Positions 1 through 9,257 of a stretch of 64,000 nt of DNA are shown here, in pieces. A program made the position numbers and the translations under genes. The stretch covers positions 672,001 to 736,000 of the forward strand of contig JBPOGI010000002.1 of the NCBI GenBank assembly GCA_051251855.1. The letters run 5' to 3'. The stretch is from Roseibacillus sp. (GTDB lineage Bacteria; Verrucomicrobiota; Verrucomicrobiia; Verrucomicrobiales; Akkermansiaceae). Below the pieces are notes generated by a model that had not been told where the DNA came from, ran no database searches, and saw nothing but the letters and a program-made list of their open reading frames with translations. Position 1 is the stretch's first letter, and each line of letters opens with the position of its first letter.

Positions 1-3000
1 CCAGAGTTTGAGAGGGTGGGGGCCGGTGGTTTGGTTTTGGGTGGCGAAGTCGGAGGCGAGGCGTTGCCAGGGGGTCATGGCAGGGAGAACTGAGGATTCT
101 TCTTTTACTTGGTGTTCGGTATTGGGTGTTGGATGTTGGATGTTCACAGGATGGGTGAAGAGCTCCAATTGGAGGGGACGCTCGACTTGCCAGAGGGCGT
201 GGCGGCGGTGTTGGACGTCGGGGAGGTTGTTGAGGGCTCCGGTTTCGGCGAGAAGGCGGCGTTCTTTTTTGTTGGGACGGGCACGTTGCAGGAAGTCGGG
301 GAGGGAAGTGAAGGGGTGGTTGTTTCGTTCTGTTAGGATGCGGTCGATGGTGCCTTGGGTGAGGCCTTTGAGGCGGTGGAGGCCGAGGCGGAGGTAGGTG
401 GGTGTGGGGTTTTGGGGGGGGGCGTTCAACGCAGAGTCGCGGAGGACGCTGAGGTTCGCGGAGTTTGATTGGGTTGAGTTTTTTGAGTAGAGATTTTGAG
501 AGCGAGGGTTTTGGTTTTTGAGTTTTTGAGTTTTTGGTTTTTCGAGGGAAGGGGGACTGGACTGGGACTTGGGTAGTGGGGCGGACTGAAGTCCGCGGTC
601 CGTCTGGGGTTGGGGTTCGATGGTGGTGAGGTGGTCGCTGGTGAGGACGCAGACGGGGAGGGTGCGGATGCCGTGGCGCTTGGCGTCTTGCAGGAGGGTG
701 TTGACGTTGTAGAAGCCCATGGGCTGGTTGTTGATGAGGCCGGTGTAGAATTCGGCGGGGTGGTGGACTTTGAGCCAGCAGGAGGCATAGGCAATGAGGG
801 CGAAGGAGATGGCGTGGCTTTCGGGGAAGCCATACAGGGCGAAGGAGCCAATGGAGTGGATCACTTTTTCTTGCACCTCTTGGGCGATTCCTTTGGCGGT
901 CATGTTGTGGCGGAGTTTGTCGGTGACGGTTTGCATTTTGTCGTCGGAACGTTTGAAGGCCATGGCGCGGCGGAGTTCGTCGGCTTCGGTGCCGGTGAAG
1001 TCGGCGATGAGCATGGCCATGCGTAGGACTTGCTCTTGGAAGAGGGGGACGCCGAGGGTGCGTTTGAGGACGGGCTCGAAGAGGGGGTGGATGTAGTCGA
1101 TTTTTTCGAATCCTTGGCGGCGGTTGAGGTAGGGGTGGGCCAGTTCGCCGACGATGGGGCCGGGGCGGATGATGGCGACTTCGACGGCGACGTCGTAGAA
1201 GCAGCGAGGTTTGAGGATGGGGAGGGTGTTCATCTGGGCGCGGGATTCGACTTGGAAGGTGCCGATGGTGTCGGCGCGGCACATGAGGTCGTAGGTGGCG
1301 GGGTCGTCTTTGGGGATTTGGGCGATGTCGATGGGTTTGCCGCGTTGTTCGCAGAGGCGGAGGGCGTCTTCCATGGCGGCGAGCATGCCGAGGCCGAGGA
1401 GGTCGATTTTGACGATGCCGAGGTCTTCGCAGTCGTCTTTGTCCCATTGCACGATGGTGCGGTTGGGCATGGCGGCGGGTTGGATGGGGACGACTTGGTC
1501 GAGTCCGTCGTCGCAGATGATGATGCCGCCGGAGTGTTGGCCGAGGTGGCGGGGGAGGCTGAGGAATTGGTCGAAGAGGTAGGCGAGGGCTTTGAAGCGG
1601 GGGTGGCTTTCGGGGATGCCGGCTTCGGTGATGAATTGGTGGTGGGGAGTGTTTTTTTTGTGGCTGCCGTCGGGGACTTCTTGGGCGGGGATGCTGGCGC
1701 GGGGGGAGGCGTGGACGTCGGAGAAGCGGTTGGCGGTTTCTTCGGAGAAGCCGAGGACTTTGCTGACTTCGCGAAAGGCGGAACGGGGGCGGTAGGTGAT
1801 GACGTTGGCGGTCATGGCGGCGCCGCGGGGGCCGTATTTTTGGAAGACGTATTGAATGACGGATTCGCGGCGGTCGCCGGAGGGGAAGTCGATGTCGATG
1901 TCGGGCCAGGATTTGCGGTTTTCGGAGAGGAAGCGTTCGAAGAGGAGGCCGCCGCCGATGGGGTCGGCGGCGGTGAGTCCGAGGAGGTAGCAGACCACGG
2001 AGTTGGCAGCGGAGCCGCGGCCTTGGCAGAGAATGCCTTGGGAGTTGGCGAAGGAGACGATGTCGTGGACGATGAGGAAGTAGCCGGAGAAGCGGAGTTT
2101 GCGAATGAGGGCGAGTTCTTGTTCGAGTTGGGTGGTGACTTTTTTGCTGGGATTTTTGCCGTAGCGATGGGGGATGCCTTGGTAGGAGAGTTGGGTGAGG
2201 TGGGCGTGGGCGGCGTCGGGGTCTTCGCGGTGTTCGGGGAGGAGGGAGGGGAAGCGGTAGCCGAGGTTTTCGAGGGTGAAGTCGAGGCGCTCGTGCAGGC
2301 GGACGGTTTCGGCGAGGGCTTGGGGATGGTCGGGGAAGAGGGCGGCCATGGCGGCGCTGGATTTGAGATGGCGCTCGGAGTTGGGGCCGAGGAGGGTGCC
2401 GGCTTGGTCGAGGGTGGTGTGGTGGCGGAGGCAGGTGAAGACGTCGGCGATGAGTTTGTCTTGGCGGGTGGCGTGCAGGGGGGCGTTGCTGACGAGGAGG
2501 GGGAGGTGATAGCGGTCGGCGAGTTCGCGGAGCGTGTTGTCTAACAGTTTGTCGCTGCGGGTGAGATGACGGGTGAGGGCGAGGTAGAGGTGGTCTTTAC
2601 CGAAGAGTTCTAACAGGCGTTCGAGGTGGGCTTGGGCGGCTTTGTTGTTTCCGGCGAGGAGGTGTTGGTGGAGGGGGGTGCCGGGTTGGCCGGTGAGAGC
2701 GATGAGTTCAGAGATGCGCTCGCGGGTGAGGTCGAGATCTTCGCGTAGGAGGGTGTGGCCGAGATGGTGGTCGGTGAGGAGGCGGGAGAGGTTTTGGTAG
2801 GCGGGGAGGTTGGGGCAGAGGCAGGCGAGGGTGAGTGGATTGGGGTGGGGAGAGTGTTCGGGATGAGGAGGGGAGAGTTCGAGGGTGGCGCCGACGTGGG
2901 CCTTGATGCCAAAGCGTTGGGCGGCGGAGTGGGCGCGGGCGGATCCGTAGAAACCCATGTGGTCGGGGAGGGTGAAGGCGGGTTGGTTGAGTTCGGCGAC

Positions 3001-3078
3001 TCGTTGGGCGAGGGACTCGGGGTGGCTGCCGCCGCGGAGGAAGGAGAAGGCGGAGTGGGCGAGGTGTTCGATGAACAT
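1..3078 (-). CDS. dnaE2: Error-prone DNA polymerase III alpha subunit DnaE2/ImuC (3' end runs off the window)
   Basis: Not in the ORF track. Spot translations in the frame from ATG 3078 give MFIEHLAHSAFSFLRGGSHPE (PHP domain start), PDIDIDFPSGDRRE, QWDKDDCEDLGIVKIDLLGLGML and YLRLGLHRLKGL. Lies downstream of imuA-imuB. Confidence 0.93.
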   Translation of the reverse strand, partial: MFIEHLAHSAFSFLRGGSHPESLAQRVAELNQPAFTLPDHMGFYGSARAHSAAQRFGIKAHVGATLELSPPHPEHSPHPNPLTLACLCPNLPAYQNLSRLLTDHHLGHTLLREDLDLTRERISELIALTGQPGTPLHQHLLAGNNKAAQAHLERLLELFGKDHLYLALTRHLTRSDKLLDNTLRELADRYHLPLLVSNAPLHATRQDKLIADVFTCLRHHTTLDQAGTLLGPNSERHLKSSAAMAALFPDHPQALAETVRLHERLDFTLENLGYRFPSLLPEHREDPDAAHAHLTQLSYQGIPHRYGKNPSKKVTTQLEQELALIRKLRFSGYFLIVHDIVSFANSQGILCQGRGSAANSVVCYLLGLTAADPIGGGLLFERFLSENRKSWPDIDIDFPSGDRRESVIQYVFQKYGPRGAAMTANVITYRPRSAFREVSKVLGFSEETANRFSDVHASPRASIPAQEVPDGSHKKNTPHHQFITEAGIPESHPRFKALAYLFDQFLSLPRHLGQHSGGIIICDDGLDQVVPIQPAAMPNRTIVQWDKDDCEDLGIVKIDLLGLGMLAAMEDALRLCEQRGKPIDIAQIPKDDPATYDLMCRADTIGTFQVESRAQMNTLPILKPRCFYDVAVEVAIIRPGPIVGELAHPYLNRRQGFEKIDYIHPLFEPVLKRTLGVPLFQEQVLRMAMLIADFTGTEADELRRAMAFKRSDDKMQTVTDKLRHNMTAKGIAQEVQEKVIHSIGSFALYGFPESHAISFALIAYASCWLKVHHPAEFYTGLINNQPMGFYNVNTLLQDAKRHGIRTLPVCVLTSDHLTTIEPQPQTDRGLQSAPLPKSQSSPPSLEKPKTQKLKNQNPRSQNLYSKNSTQSNSANLSVLRDSALNAPPQNPTPTYLRLGLHRLKGLTQGTIDRILTERNNHPFTSLPDFLQRARPNKKERRLLAETGALNNLPDVQHRRHALWQVERPLQLELFTHPVNIQHPTPNTEHQVKEESSVLPAMTPWQRLASDFATQNQTTGPHPLKLW

Positions 3079-3603
3079 GGGGTGGGGTTATTTGTGATGG
3101 GTTATTTGTTGTCGGGTGGTCGGGGTTGGATTTTTTTAAACAGGAGATAAGGAGGAGAAGGAGGGACGGGGTTGGACTTTTTTCTGAACCACCGCCAAAG
3201 CGGGGCGCGCAGAAGGTAACGAAGATAGCGAAGGACGGGGTTGGGTGGACTGGGTTGGATTTTTTCAACGCAGAGGCGGAGAGGACGCGGAGTGAACACA
3301 GAGGACGGACCGGTGTTTTTTTTGAGGGGATGAGGAGGAGTCGAAAAAGGGACGGGGTTGGATGATGATTGTTTTGTTTTTTAATCGCAGAGGCGGGGAG
3401 GGATGGAGAGTTTTTGGGAGGAGGATGAGAGTGTTGTTTGTTGGTTCGTCTTTGGTTTTTGAGTTTTTGAACATTTGGTTTTTCCGAGTTGGCTAGAGGT
3501 TGTTGAGATGAGGGGATTTCGTTTTTAGGTTTTTAGTGCTTCGTTTTTCGGGTGGGTTTGACGTTCCAGTGGTCAGGGACAGGAATGTCCCTGCTCCTTT
3601 AAG
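3079..3603. repeat. Repeat-rich intergenic mosaic (GGACGGGGTTGG, CGCAGAGG..GGAGGACGCGGAG, TTTTTGAG units, GGGACAGGAATGTCCC palindrome)
   Basis: Block 3233-3310 recurs at 5067-5144. AAACAGGAGAT.AGGAGG occurs near 3137 and 5248. Confidence 0.75.
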
Positions 3604-5037
3604 TTAGTAGTGGCCGGTGAGTTGCCAGTGGTGGGGGGGGAGGTGGGTGAGGCGGGAGAGGGGGCCTTCGTGGAGCTGGACGTCCCATTCGTTGCCGGTC
3701 CAGTAGGTGTCGGGTTGCCACCATTGGCTTTGGAGGCGGTAGGGGCCGGTGACGGCGGTGAGGGGGCCGGGGTAGGGGCCGTCGAGGAGGGCTTGCGGTT
3801 GGTGGTCGGGGGTGGCGAGGACTTGGATGGGTAAGGGCGGGCGGAGACGCCGGAGGGGAAAGGATGAGGTGGAGAGGGTTGGCTCTGCGGTATTGTTTTT
3901 TTGGAAGAGGGTTTCGGGTGGGTGGAGGGTGAAGCGGTCGGGGTGGTGGCTGTCGAGGGCTTGGGGGATGCCGATTGATTCGCGGCCGAGGCAGGCGGTG
4001 AGTTGGTTGAGGGTGTGGGCGAATTTGTTGGGGTCGCGGAGGGCTTTTTGGAAAAGGTCATGTTGGCTGCGGGTGGGTTTGGTGACGGTGGCGTCGAGGG
4101 TGAGGGCGACGATGGGGGCGGGGGCGGTGAGGCCTTCGAGGTGGGTGGTGAGGAGACGAAGGAGTTGTTCGAGTTCGGTGGTGGGTTCGGGAATGCGCAG
4201 GGAGGCGAAGTAGTTGCGTCCGTTTTCGTAGTGGAGGGTGAGGAGGAGGGTGTCGGGGACGCGTTGGTGGGATTGCAGGCGGGCGGCGAGGGTGTGGAGG
4301 AGGTTGCGCAGGAGAAGAAGAAGGGAGTCGAGGGTGGCGAGGGGGTGGTCGAGGTCGAGGTGTTGGCGGTAGTCTTTGGGAGGGCGGTAGAGGGTGAGGA
4401 GGCGGTGGTGTTGACCGGTGGAGATGTCGTGGAGGCGGGCGGCTTGGGCGCCCAAGCGTTCGTGGAGGTCGGGGCGGGCGAGGGCGGTGAAGTCGGCGAT
4501 GGTGTGGAGTCCCCAAGTGGCGAGGGTTTGGGTGAGGTCGTTTTGTTCGGGACCGGGAGTGATGAAGCCGTTGAGGAGGAGGGAGAGGGGGGCTTGGTGA
4601 TGGTTGGGGCCAGCGAGGACGTTGAGATGGGCGAGGTCGGGAGTCTGGGCGAGGGCTGTTTGGAGGGGGAAGGTTGTGTGGGTGAGTGGGGGGAGGGTTG
4701 GTTTTTTCCAGGTGAGGAGGAGGGTGTCGGGGGCGGTGAGTTCGAGGTCGGGGGAGAGGGTGCGGGCGAGGGTGAGGAGTTCTTCGCGGAGGAGGACTTC
4801 GTTGTCGGGGCTGGCGGGGAGGATTTGGAGTTGGGGACAGCGGGCGAGGGCACGGGCGGTGGGAATGCCGGGGTGGAGCTGATTTTGGTAGGCGGCGGGG
4901 TTGAGGACGGTGAGGAGAGATTGCTTGCGGGGGGAGGTGGTTTCGTGGGTGAGGGCGAGGGGGGATTTCCAGAGCTGAGGATCTTCTAAGGTAGCGGCTC
5001 TCAAAGGGAGGGCTGGGAGATGGAGGGCGAGGAACAA
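3604..5037 (-). CDS. imuB: ImuB, inactive Y-family polymerase-like protein
   Basis: IMS-like N-terminus (LHPGIPTARALARCP), WGLHTIADF, C-terminal GPYRLQSQWW; middle gene of the imuABC cassette. Confidence 0.88.
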   Translation of the reverse strand: MFLALHLPALPLRAATLEDPQLWKSPLALTHETTSPRKQSLLTVLNPAAYQNQLHPGIPTARALARCPQLQILPASPDNEVLLREELLTLARTLSPDLELTAPDTLLLTWKKPTLPPLTHTTFPLQTALAQTPDLAHLNVLAGPNHHQAPLSLLLNGFITPGPEQNDLTQTLATWGLHTIADFTALARPDLHERLGAQAARLHDISTGQHHRLLTLYRPPKDYRQHLDLDHPLATLDSLLLLLRNLLHTLAARLQSHQRVPDTLLLTLHYENGRNYFASLRIPEPTTELEQLLRLLTTHLEGLTAPAPIVALTLDATVTKPTRSQHDLFQKALRDPNKFAHTLNQLTACLGRESIGIPQALDSHHPDRFTLHPPETLFQKNNTAEPTLSTSSFPLRRLRPPLPIQVLATPDHQPQALLDGPYPGPLTAVTGPYRLQSQWWQPDTYWTGNEWDVQLHEGPLSRLTHLPPHHWQLTGHY

Positions 5038-5398
5038 GATGGAATGATTCGTTATTTGTTATTTGGGGACGGGGTTGGATGGACGGGGTTGGGCTTTTTC
5101 GACGCAGAGGCGCGGAGGACGCGGAGTGAACACAGAGGACGGACTGGGGTGGATTTTGAGTTTTAGGGAATTTGTTTTTTGAAACGCCGCAGGAGCGGGG
5201 CACGGCAGAAGGCCGCAAAGTTTGCAAAGGACGGGGTTGGATTGTTTTTAAACAGGAGATGAGGAGGGGAAGGAGAGAGGGGGTTGGATGGATGAGGTTG
5301 GATGGATGAGGTTGGAGGGATGAGGTTGGAGGGACCTGGTGGCGTGGAGCGGTCAGTTTTGACGGAGCAGCGAGGCGAGTGAGGGCACTCGCGGTCTA
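5038..5398. repeat. Repeat-rich intergenic mosaic, same families as 3079-3603
   Basis: Shares the ~78-bp block and has GGATGAGGTTGGA tandem units. Confidence 0.7.
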
Positions 5399-6022
5399 TT
5401 AGGAAGAGTGGGCGGTGAGTGGGGTTTGGGCTTTGAGAGGATGGCTTTGGATTTTGGGGTGGAGTTGGGTGCGGAGTTGATGGAGGTCGTCGAGGGTGAA
5501 GGTGTTTTCGAGGCGGTAGCGGGCGGCGGCGGCGGCGATGAGAGGTTGGGGGGTGAGGGCGAGAAGGGAGGTGCCGGTGCTTTCGGCAAGAGTTCGGAGG
5601 CGATACCAAGAGGTGGCGGGGATGGTGCGGAGTTCGGGGAGGGGCGTGAGGGAGCAGTCGAAGAGGATGAGGGGGATGTTGCCGTCGCGCAGGAGGAGGT
5701 CGGCTGCTTGGAGGGATTTCTTGGGGTTGGCGGAGCGAAGCCAGAGGAGAGGGCGCTTGGGTTGATAGGAGGCAGGGTCGAAGCTGTCGCTGGGATCGAT
5801 AAGGGCGAGGGGGAGTTCGCTGGCTTTTTCTTCGAGGAGTTGAGAGATGAGAAGGGAGGAACCGGAGACGGCGGGAGGGGTGACTAGCTCGCTGATGGTG
5901 CCTTTGGGGAGAGGTGGGAGGCCAGCGAGGGTGTAGCTTTCGCCGGGGGGGCGTTGTTCATGGGCGCTGGGGAAGCGTTCTCGGAGTTGACGCCGGAGTT
6001 CAGAAATCGGAACGGAATTCAA
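5399..6022 (-). CDS. imuA: ImuA, RecA/SulA-like accessory protein
   Basis: LPKGTISEL, ALIDPSDSFDP, LQAADLLLRDGN, WYRL; first gene of the cassette; TTG start. Confidence 0.85.
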   Translation of the reverse strand: MNSVPISELRRQLRERFPSAHEQRPPGESYTLAGLPPLPKGTISELVTPPAVSGSSLLISQLLEEKASELPLALIDPSDSFDPASYQPKRPLLWLRSANPKKSLQAADLLLRDGNIPLILFDCSLTPLPELRTIPATSWYRLRTLAESTGTSLLALTPQPLIAAAAARYRLENTFTLDDLHQLRTQLHPKIQSHPLKAQTPLTAHSS

Positions 6023-6040
6023 GTGTTCATGAGAACACTT
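6021..6040. promoter_or_regulatory. LexA (SOS) operator, Verrucomicrobia type TGTTC-N4-GAACA
   Basis: AAGTGTTC-ATGA-GAACACTT with perfect 8-bp arms, abutting the imuA start codon. Confidence 0.88.
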
Positions 6041-6268
6041 ATCTTCAGGGCGATCAAGATCTTTTGGGAAGGAGGTGGAATCAGGACGAGCAAATCAGGC
6101 GTCTCTAGATATGTTGATGAGAAAGCGGCGCTCCTACTCTCATGGAAGTGAGAGGTGGAGTCGTTTGTCTCAAGTCATAAGACCGGACCGATGGTGGACG
6201 ACTGAAGTCGGATGGCATTGTGTTAAGGGAAGAGTCAGGAAATAACGAAAAAAGTGGCCGCAGGCTCA

Positions 6269-6413
6269 GGAGCGTGGCTTTTTAAGCCGCTGGGAGTGGA
6301 TCTCGCTCATAGGAGAGCGGACGAATCACCACAGGAACAGCGGATTCGGGAACGAACAGGCCTCCCCTTAACATTCTCTATTTTAAGGTGGCGGCTTGGA
6401 AAGACCACGCTCC
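6269..6413. repeat. Inverted REP doublet / MITE-like element, family A
   Basis: Ends GGAGCGTGGCTTTTTAAGCCGC ... GCGGCTTGGAAAGACCACGCTCC, essentially the same ends as 31281-31432. Confidence 0.8.
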
Positions 6414-6500
6414 CATTTCCTTGCCCTCGACGCGACAAGGTGTCTTAACACAGTGCCATTCGACTGGAGTCGACCCTCCTGCTCTCTATTAAGATCCTTA

Positions 6501-7391
6501 TTATAGACGTTCGTAGGGGATGGCGAAGGTGTCGCCTTGGTTGGGGTCTCCAGATTTGAGGCCTCTAGTGAACCAGCGGAGTCGTTGCTCGGAGGTGCCG
6601 TGGGTGAAGGAGTCGGGCGGGGTGCGTCCTTGCGAGAGGGCGTCATCTCCGATGGCTTGGGCGGCGCGCATGGCTTCTTCGATGTCGCCGTCTTCTAATA
6701 AGGGGACGCCATCGGAGGCCATGAGGCGTTTGTTGGCGTGATGAGCCCAGACGCCAGCGAGAAAATCGGCTTGAAGCTCCAGTCGGACGGAGAGTTGGTT
6801 ATATTGGCGTTTTGAGACGCGACCTTGTTGGCCGTGGACTTTACTGGTGTATCCGAGGAGCTTCTGGACGTGGTGGGCGACCTCGTGGGCGATAACGTAG
6901 GCGGGAGCAAAGTCGTAATCACGGGTTCGGTCGCGTGACATTTGCCGAAGTTGTCCAAAGAACTGCATGTCGAGGTAGACTGTTTCTTCAGCAGGAACAT
7001 AGAAGGGGCCCGTGGCGGCTTGGGCGACGCCACCGGTGCGCATTCTGGTCGAGCCACTGTAATTCACGAGCTTAGCGGGGCGATACTGAAGGTTGTACTT
7101 AGAGAAAATGTGAGCCCACTCCTCTTCGGTGGAGCCTAGGACGCGCGAGACATAATCAGCGAGCTCGTCACTTTCGGCGCTGGTGGGTTGTTGTGATTGC
7201 TCAATGGGCTGCTGGCCAAGGTTGCCTCCGCCTTGGCTGAGAAGCTCCAAGGGATTGATTTTAAAAACCAGGGCCAGCACGAGAATGAGAATGAGGCCGC
7301 ATCCTCCTCCTGCAGCGGCTGGACGGCGGCTTGCACTCTGGCCACGACGGTCTTCGACATTCTGGCTTCTTCTCAATTTTTCCCAACGCAT
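6501..7391 (-). CDS. Neutral zinc metallopeptidase, YpfJ/Zn_peptidase family
   Basis: SQNVEDRRG N-terminus, one TM segment, YVIAHEVAHHVQ, RLELQADFLAG, SFTHGTSEQR. Confidence 0.92.
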   Translation of the reverse strand: MRWEKLRRSQNVEDRRGQSASRRPAAAGGGCGLILILVLALVFKINPLELLSQGGGNLGQQPIEQSQQPTSAESDELADYVSRVLGSTEEEWAHIFSKYNLQYRPAKLVNYSGSTRMRTGGVAQAATGPFYVPAEETVYLDMQFFGQLRQMSRDRTRDYDFAPAYVIAHEVAHHVQKLLGYTSKVHGQQGRVSKRQYNQLSVRLELQADFLAGVWAHHANKRLMASDGVPLLEDGDIEEAMRAAQAIGDDALSQGRTPPDSFTHGTSEQRLRWFTRGLKSGDPNQGDTFAIPYERL

Positions 7392-7715
7392 GGCGATAGA
7401 ATGACTATCGCTTTCAGGAAGGAAAAGCCGTTTTTATTGATTTAACAGAGGAATACTCCAAGGGGCTTAATAAAAATGGGCCTCTCATCCTCGTTTAGAT
7501 GTCCTTTGTTTTTTAATAAATTAGGGGGCTGAAAAGCTAAATTTGCACGTTATTTAATATTTCCTAAATAAATAAAATTTAAAGTTAAGGGTTCGGTAAG
7601 GGCTGCAAACCTTGATTTTACGAGGAATATTTGGATTTTAATAAAAAATCATATGAGATTGATTGAAAATTCTCGGGGAAAATTTATAAAAGTGGGCGTC
7701 CAGCAAAAACAGATT

Positions 7716-8591
7716 ATGAAGATTAACAAATTGTTCACCGTCGGTTCCCTCGCACTTCTTGGAAGTGTCTTTGGTGAAGAGCCAGTCATTCCAACAGGTT
7801 TCCTCGATGCATCATCTTTGATGGTTCGTGCCGAAAGCAACGTCGACCTGACTTGGGAAGTTAATATCCCTGCTTCCGAAGTTGAAGAGCTCATCGAGAT
7901 TCCTGAAGAGGAGCCTACCATCATCGCTAAAGAAGATGTCGCTTTCGAAGTCCGTATGCTCGGTGCCGAGTATGCATGGAGAGGCAACTACGTTCTTGCT
8001 TACGGTCAATACACTTATGGTGACTCTCCGTGGTATACCTTTTTCTGGGGTTACGGCGACGACGAGAACGCACTCACTAAGAAGACTTGTGACGTCTTGA
8101 AAACTGGAGAAGAGCTTAACTTTATCTTCCGTGGTTCTAAGAATGGTTTTCGTATCATGCCTTGGCAGCACCGCACTTGGTTCGACCGTCGTTGGTCTGG
8201 AACCGGCCCTAGCTGGGAAGACAATGATACTCCTGCTCTCATCCTGAAGAACGGAGACAAGCTTCCTAAGCGCAAGACCGACTCAAGCCAAGTTGACGTT
8301 GCAAGCTTCCTTGCCCCTTACCTCGAGGAAGACAAGAAGACGATCAAGATTGGTCCTAAAGACCTTATCATCTTGGCCGAGCTTAACCGCGAGGCAGATG
8401 ACAAAGATGCGGATTACCAGGATTTTGTTATCCTCGTGACCTTTACCGAAGCGGAAAACAGCACCTGCACCCGTCGTTGGGTTCCACAACCTCCTGTTGT
8501 CACTCCTCCAACCACACCTACCACTCCAACCACGCCTTCTGAGCCTGACCCAATCCCTGAAGAGCCAGAGGTTCCTGGAGTTCCTGAGTAG
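7716..8591 (+). CDS. Secreted hypothetical protein with Pro/Thr-rich tail
   Basis: Signal peptide from ATG 7716 (MKINKLFTVGSLALLGSVFG); DADYQDFV motif; PTT repeats; ends in VPE. Confidence 0.75.
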   Translation: MKINKLFTVGSLALLGSVFGEEPVIPTGFLDASSLMVRAESNVDLTWEVNIPASEVEELIEIPEEEPTIIAKEDVAFEVRMLGAEYAWRGNYVLAYGQYTYGDSPWYTFFWGYGDDENALTKKTCDVLKTGEELNFIFRGSKNGFRIMPWQHRTWFDRRWSGTGPSWEDNDTPALILKNGDKLPKRKTDSSQVDVASFLAPYLEEDKKTIKIGPKDLIILAELNREADDKDADYQDFVILVTFTEAENSTCTRRWVPQPPVVTPPTTPTTPTTPSEPDPIPEEPEVPGVPE

Positions 8592-8642
8592 ATTTGATAG
8601 AAAAAGCTTCAAAAAATTCAAGAAACCTTTAATATCTGTGTC

Positions 8643-9215
8643 ATGAAAGTTACCGACTACCATTTTCTCTCCCTTCTGTTGCCGGCTGCGTTGAGCGCTC
8701 AGACAGTGGTTCCCCTCGACCCAAATTGTTGTGGGAACGACCCGGAGGGGATGGTTTTAGAAATTCGGCAGGCTGCTTCGGCAGAAGTCATCAATGCTCG
8801 CCGGAGCGCGGCAGCCACCAATGGCTACAGCTCTGCAAGTGTTGAGACTGAGGAAGAGAAGGTTGAAATCAAGATTGAGAAAGTCAGCTTTTTGTCCGGA
8901 AGCGAGTATCTCTTGGGAGCAAAAGGGTTTGTAATCATTCCTCGTGGATGTGCCATCATCCCAGGACGTGGAATCCAGATTCTAGCCGAGGCTCCAGCGG
9001 ATCAGAAGATGCAGACTTGGAAGGAATTCCAACAAGCGAATCCAGCCACACTCCGACTTCTTCCCATTACAGGGGAAATGCTGAGCGGTGATGAGGAGGC
9101 TTTGAAGTCCATTACTCAAAAAATCAAAACGTTGAAGGCAGGAGGACTTGCCTACGTAACGACCCTGAATGGGAGCCCGGTGAGTATTCCTGGCCTCTCG
9201 ACCATCGAGTCCTAA
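8643..9215 (+). CDS. Secreted hypothetical protein
   Basis: Signal peptide (LLLPAALSA-Q); co-oriented in a three-gene cluster. Confidence 0.7.
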   Translation: MKVTDYHFLSLLLPAALSAQTVVPLDPNCCGNDPEGMVLEIRQAASAEVINARRSAAATNGYSSASVETEEEKVEIKIEKVSFLSGSEYLLGAKGFVIIPRGCAIIPGRGIQILAEAPADQKMQTWKEFQQANPATLRLLPITGEMLSGDEEALKSITQKIKTLKAGGLAYVTTLNGSPVSIPGLSTIES

Positions 9216-9257
9216 TAGAGGACCCTTTATTTTAAATATTTCAACCCCCACCTATCA

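Noticed and set aside
3065..3077. TGTTC-GAT-GAACA at the dnaE2 start as a second LexA box
   Set aside because: The spacer is 3 nt rather than 4 and the site is the first codons of the gene.
610..3150. Long plus-strand ORFs (610-1026, 1030-2544, 2755-3150)
   Set aside because: Antisense shadows of dnaE2 caused by C-ending codon bias; G/V/E/D-rich with no recognisable motifs.
3573..5227. Pro/Ser/Arg-rich ORFs overlapping imuB, and similar ones over addAB, 26190-27584, queG and lepA
   Set aside because: Alternative-frame or antisense artefacts of genes with clear family motifs.
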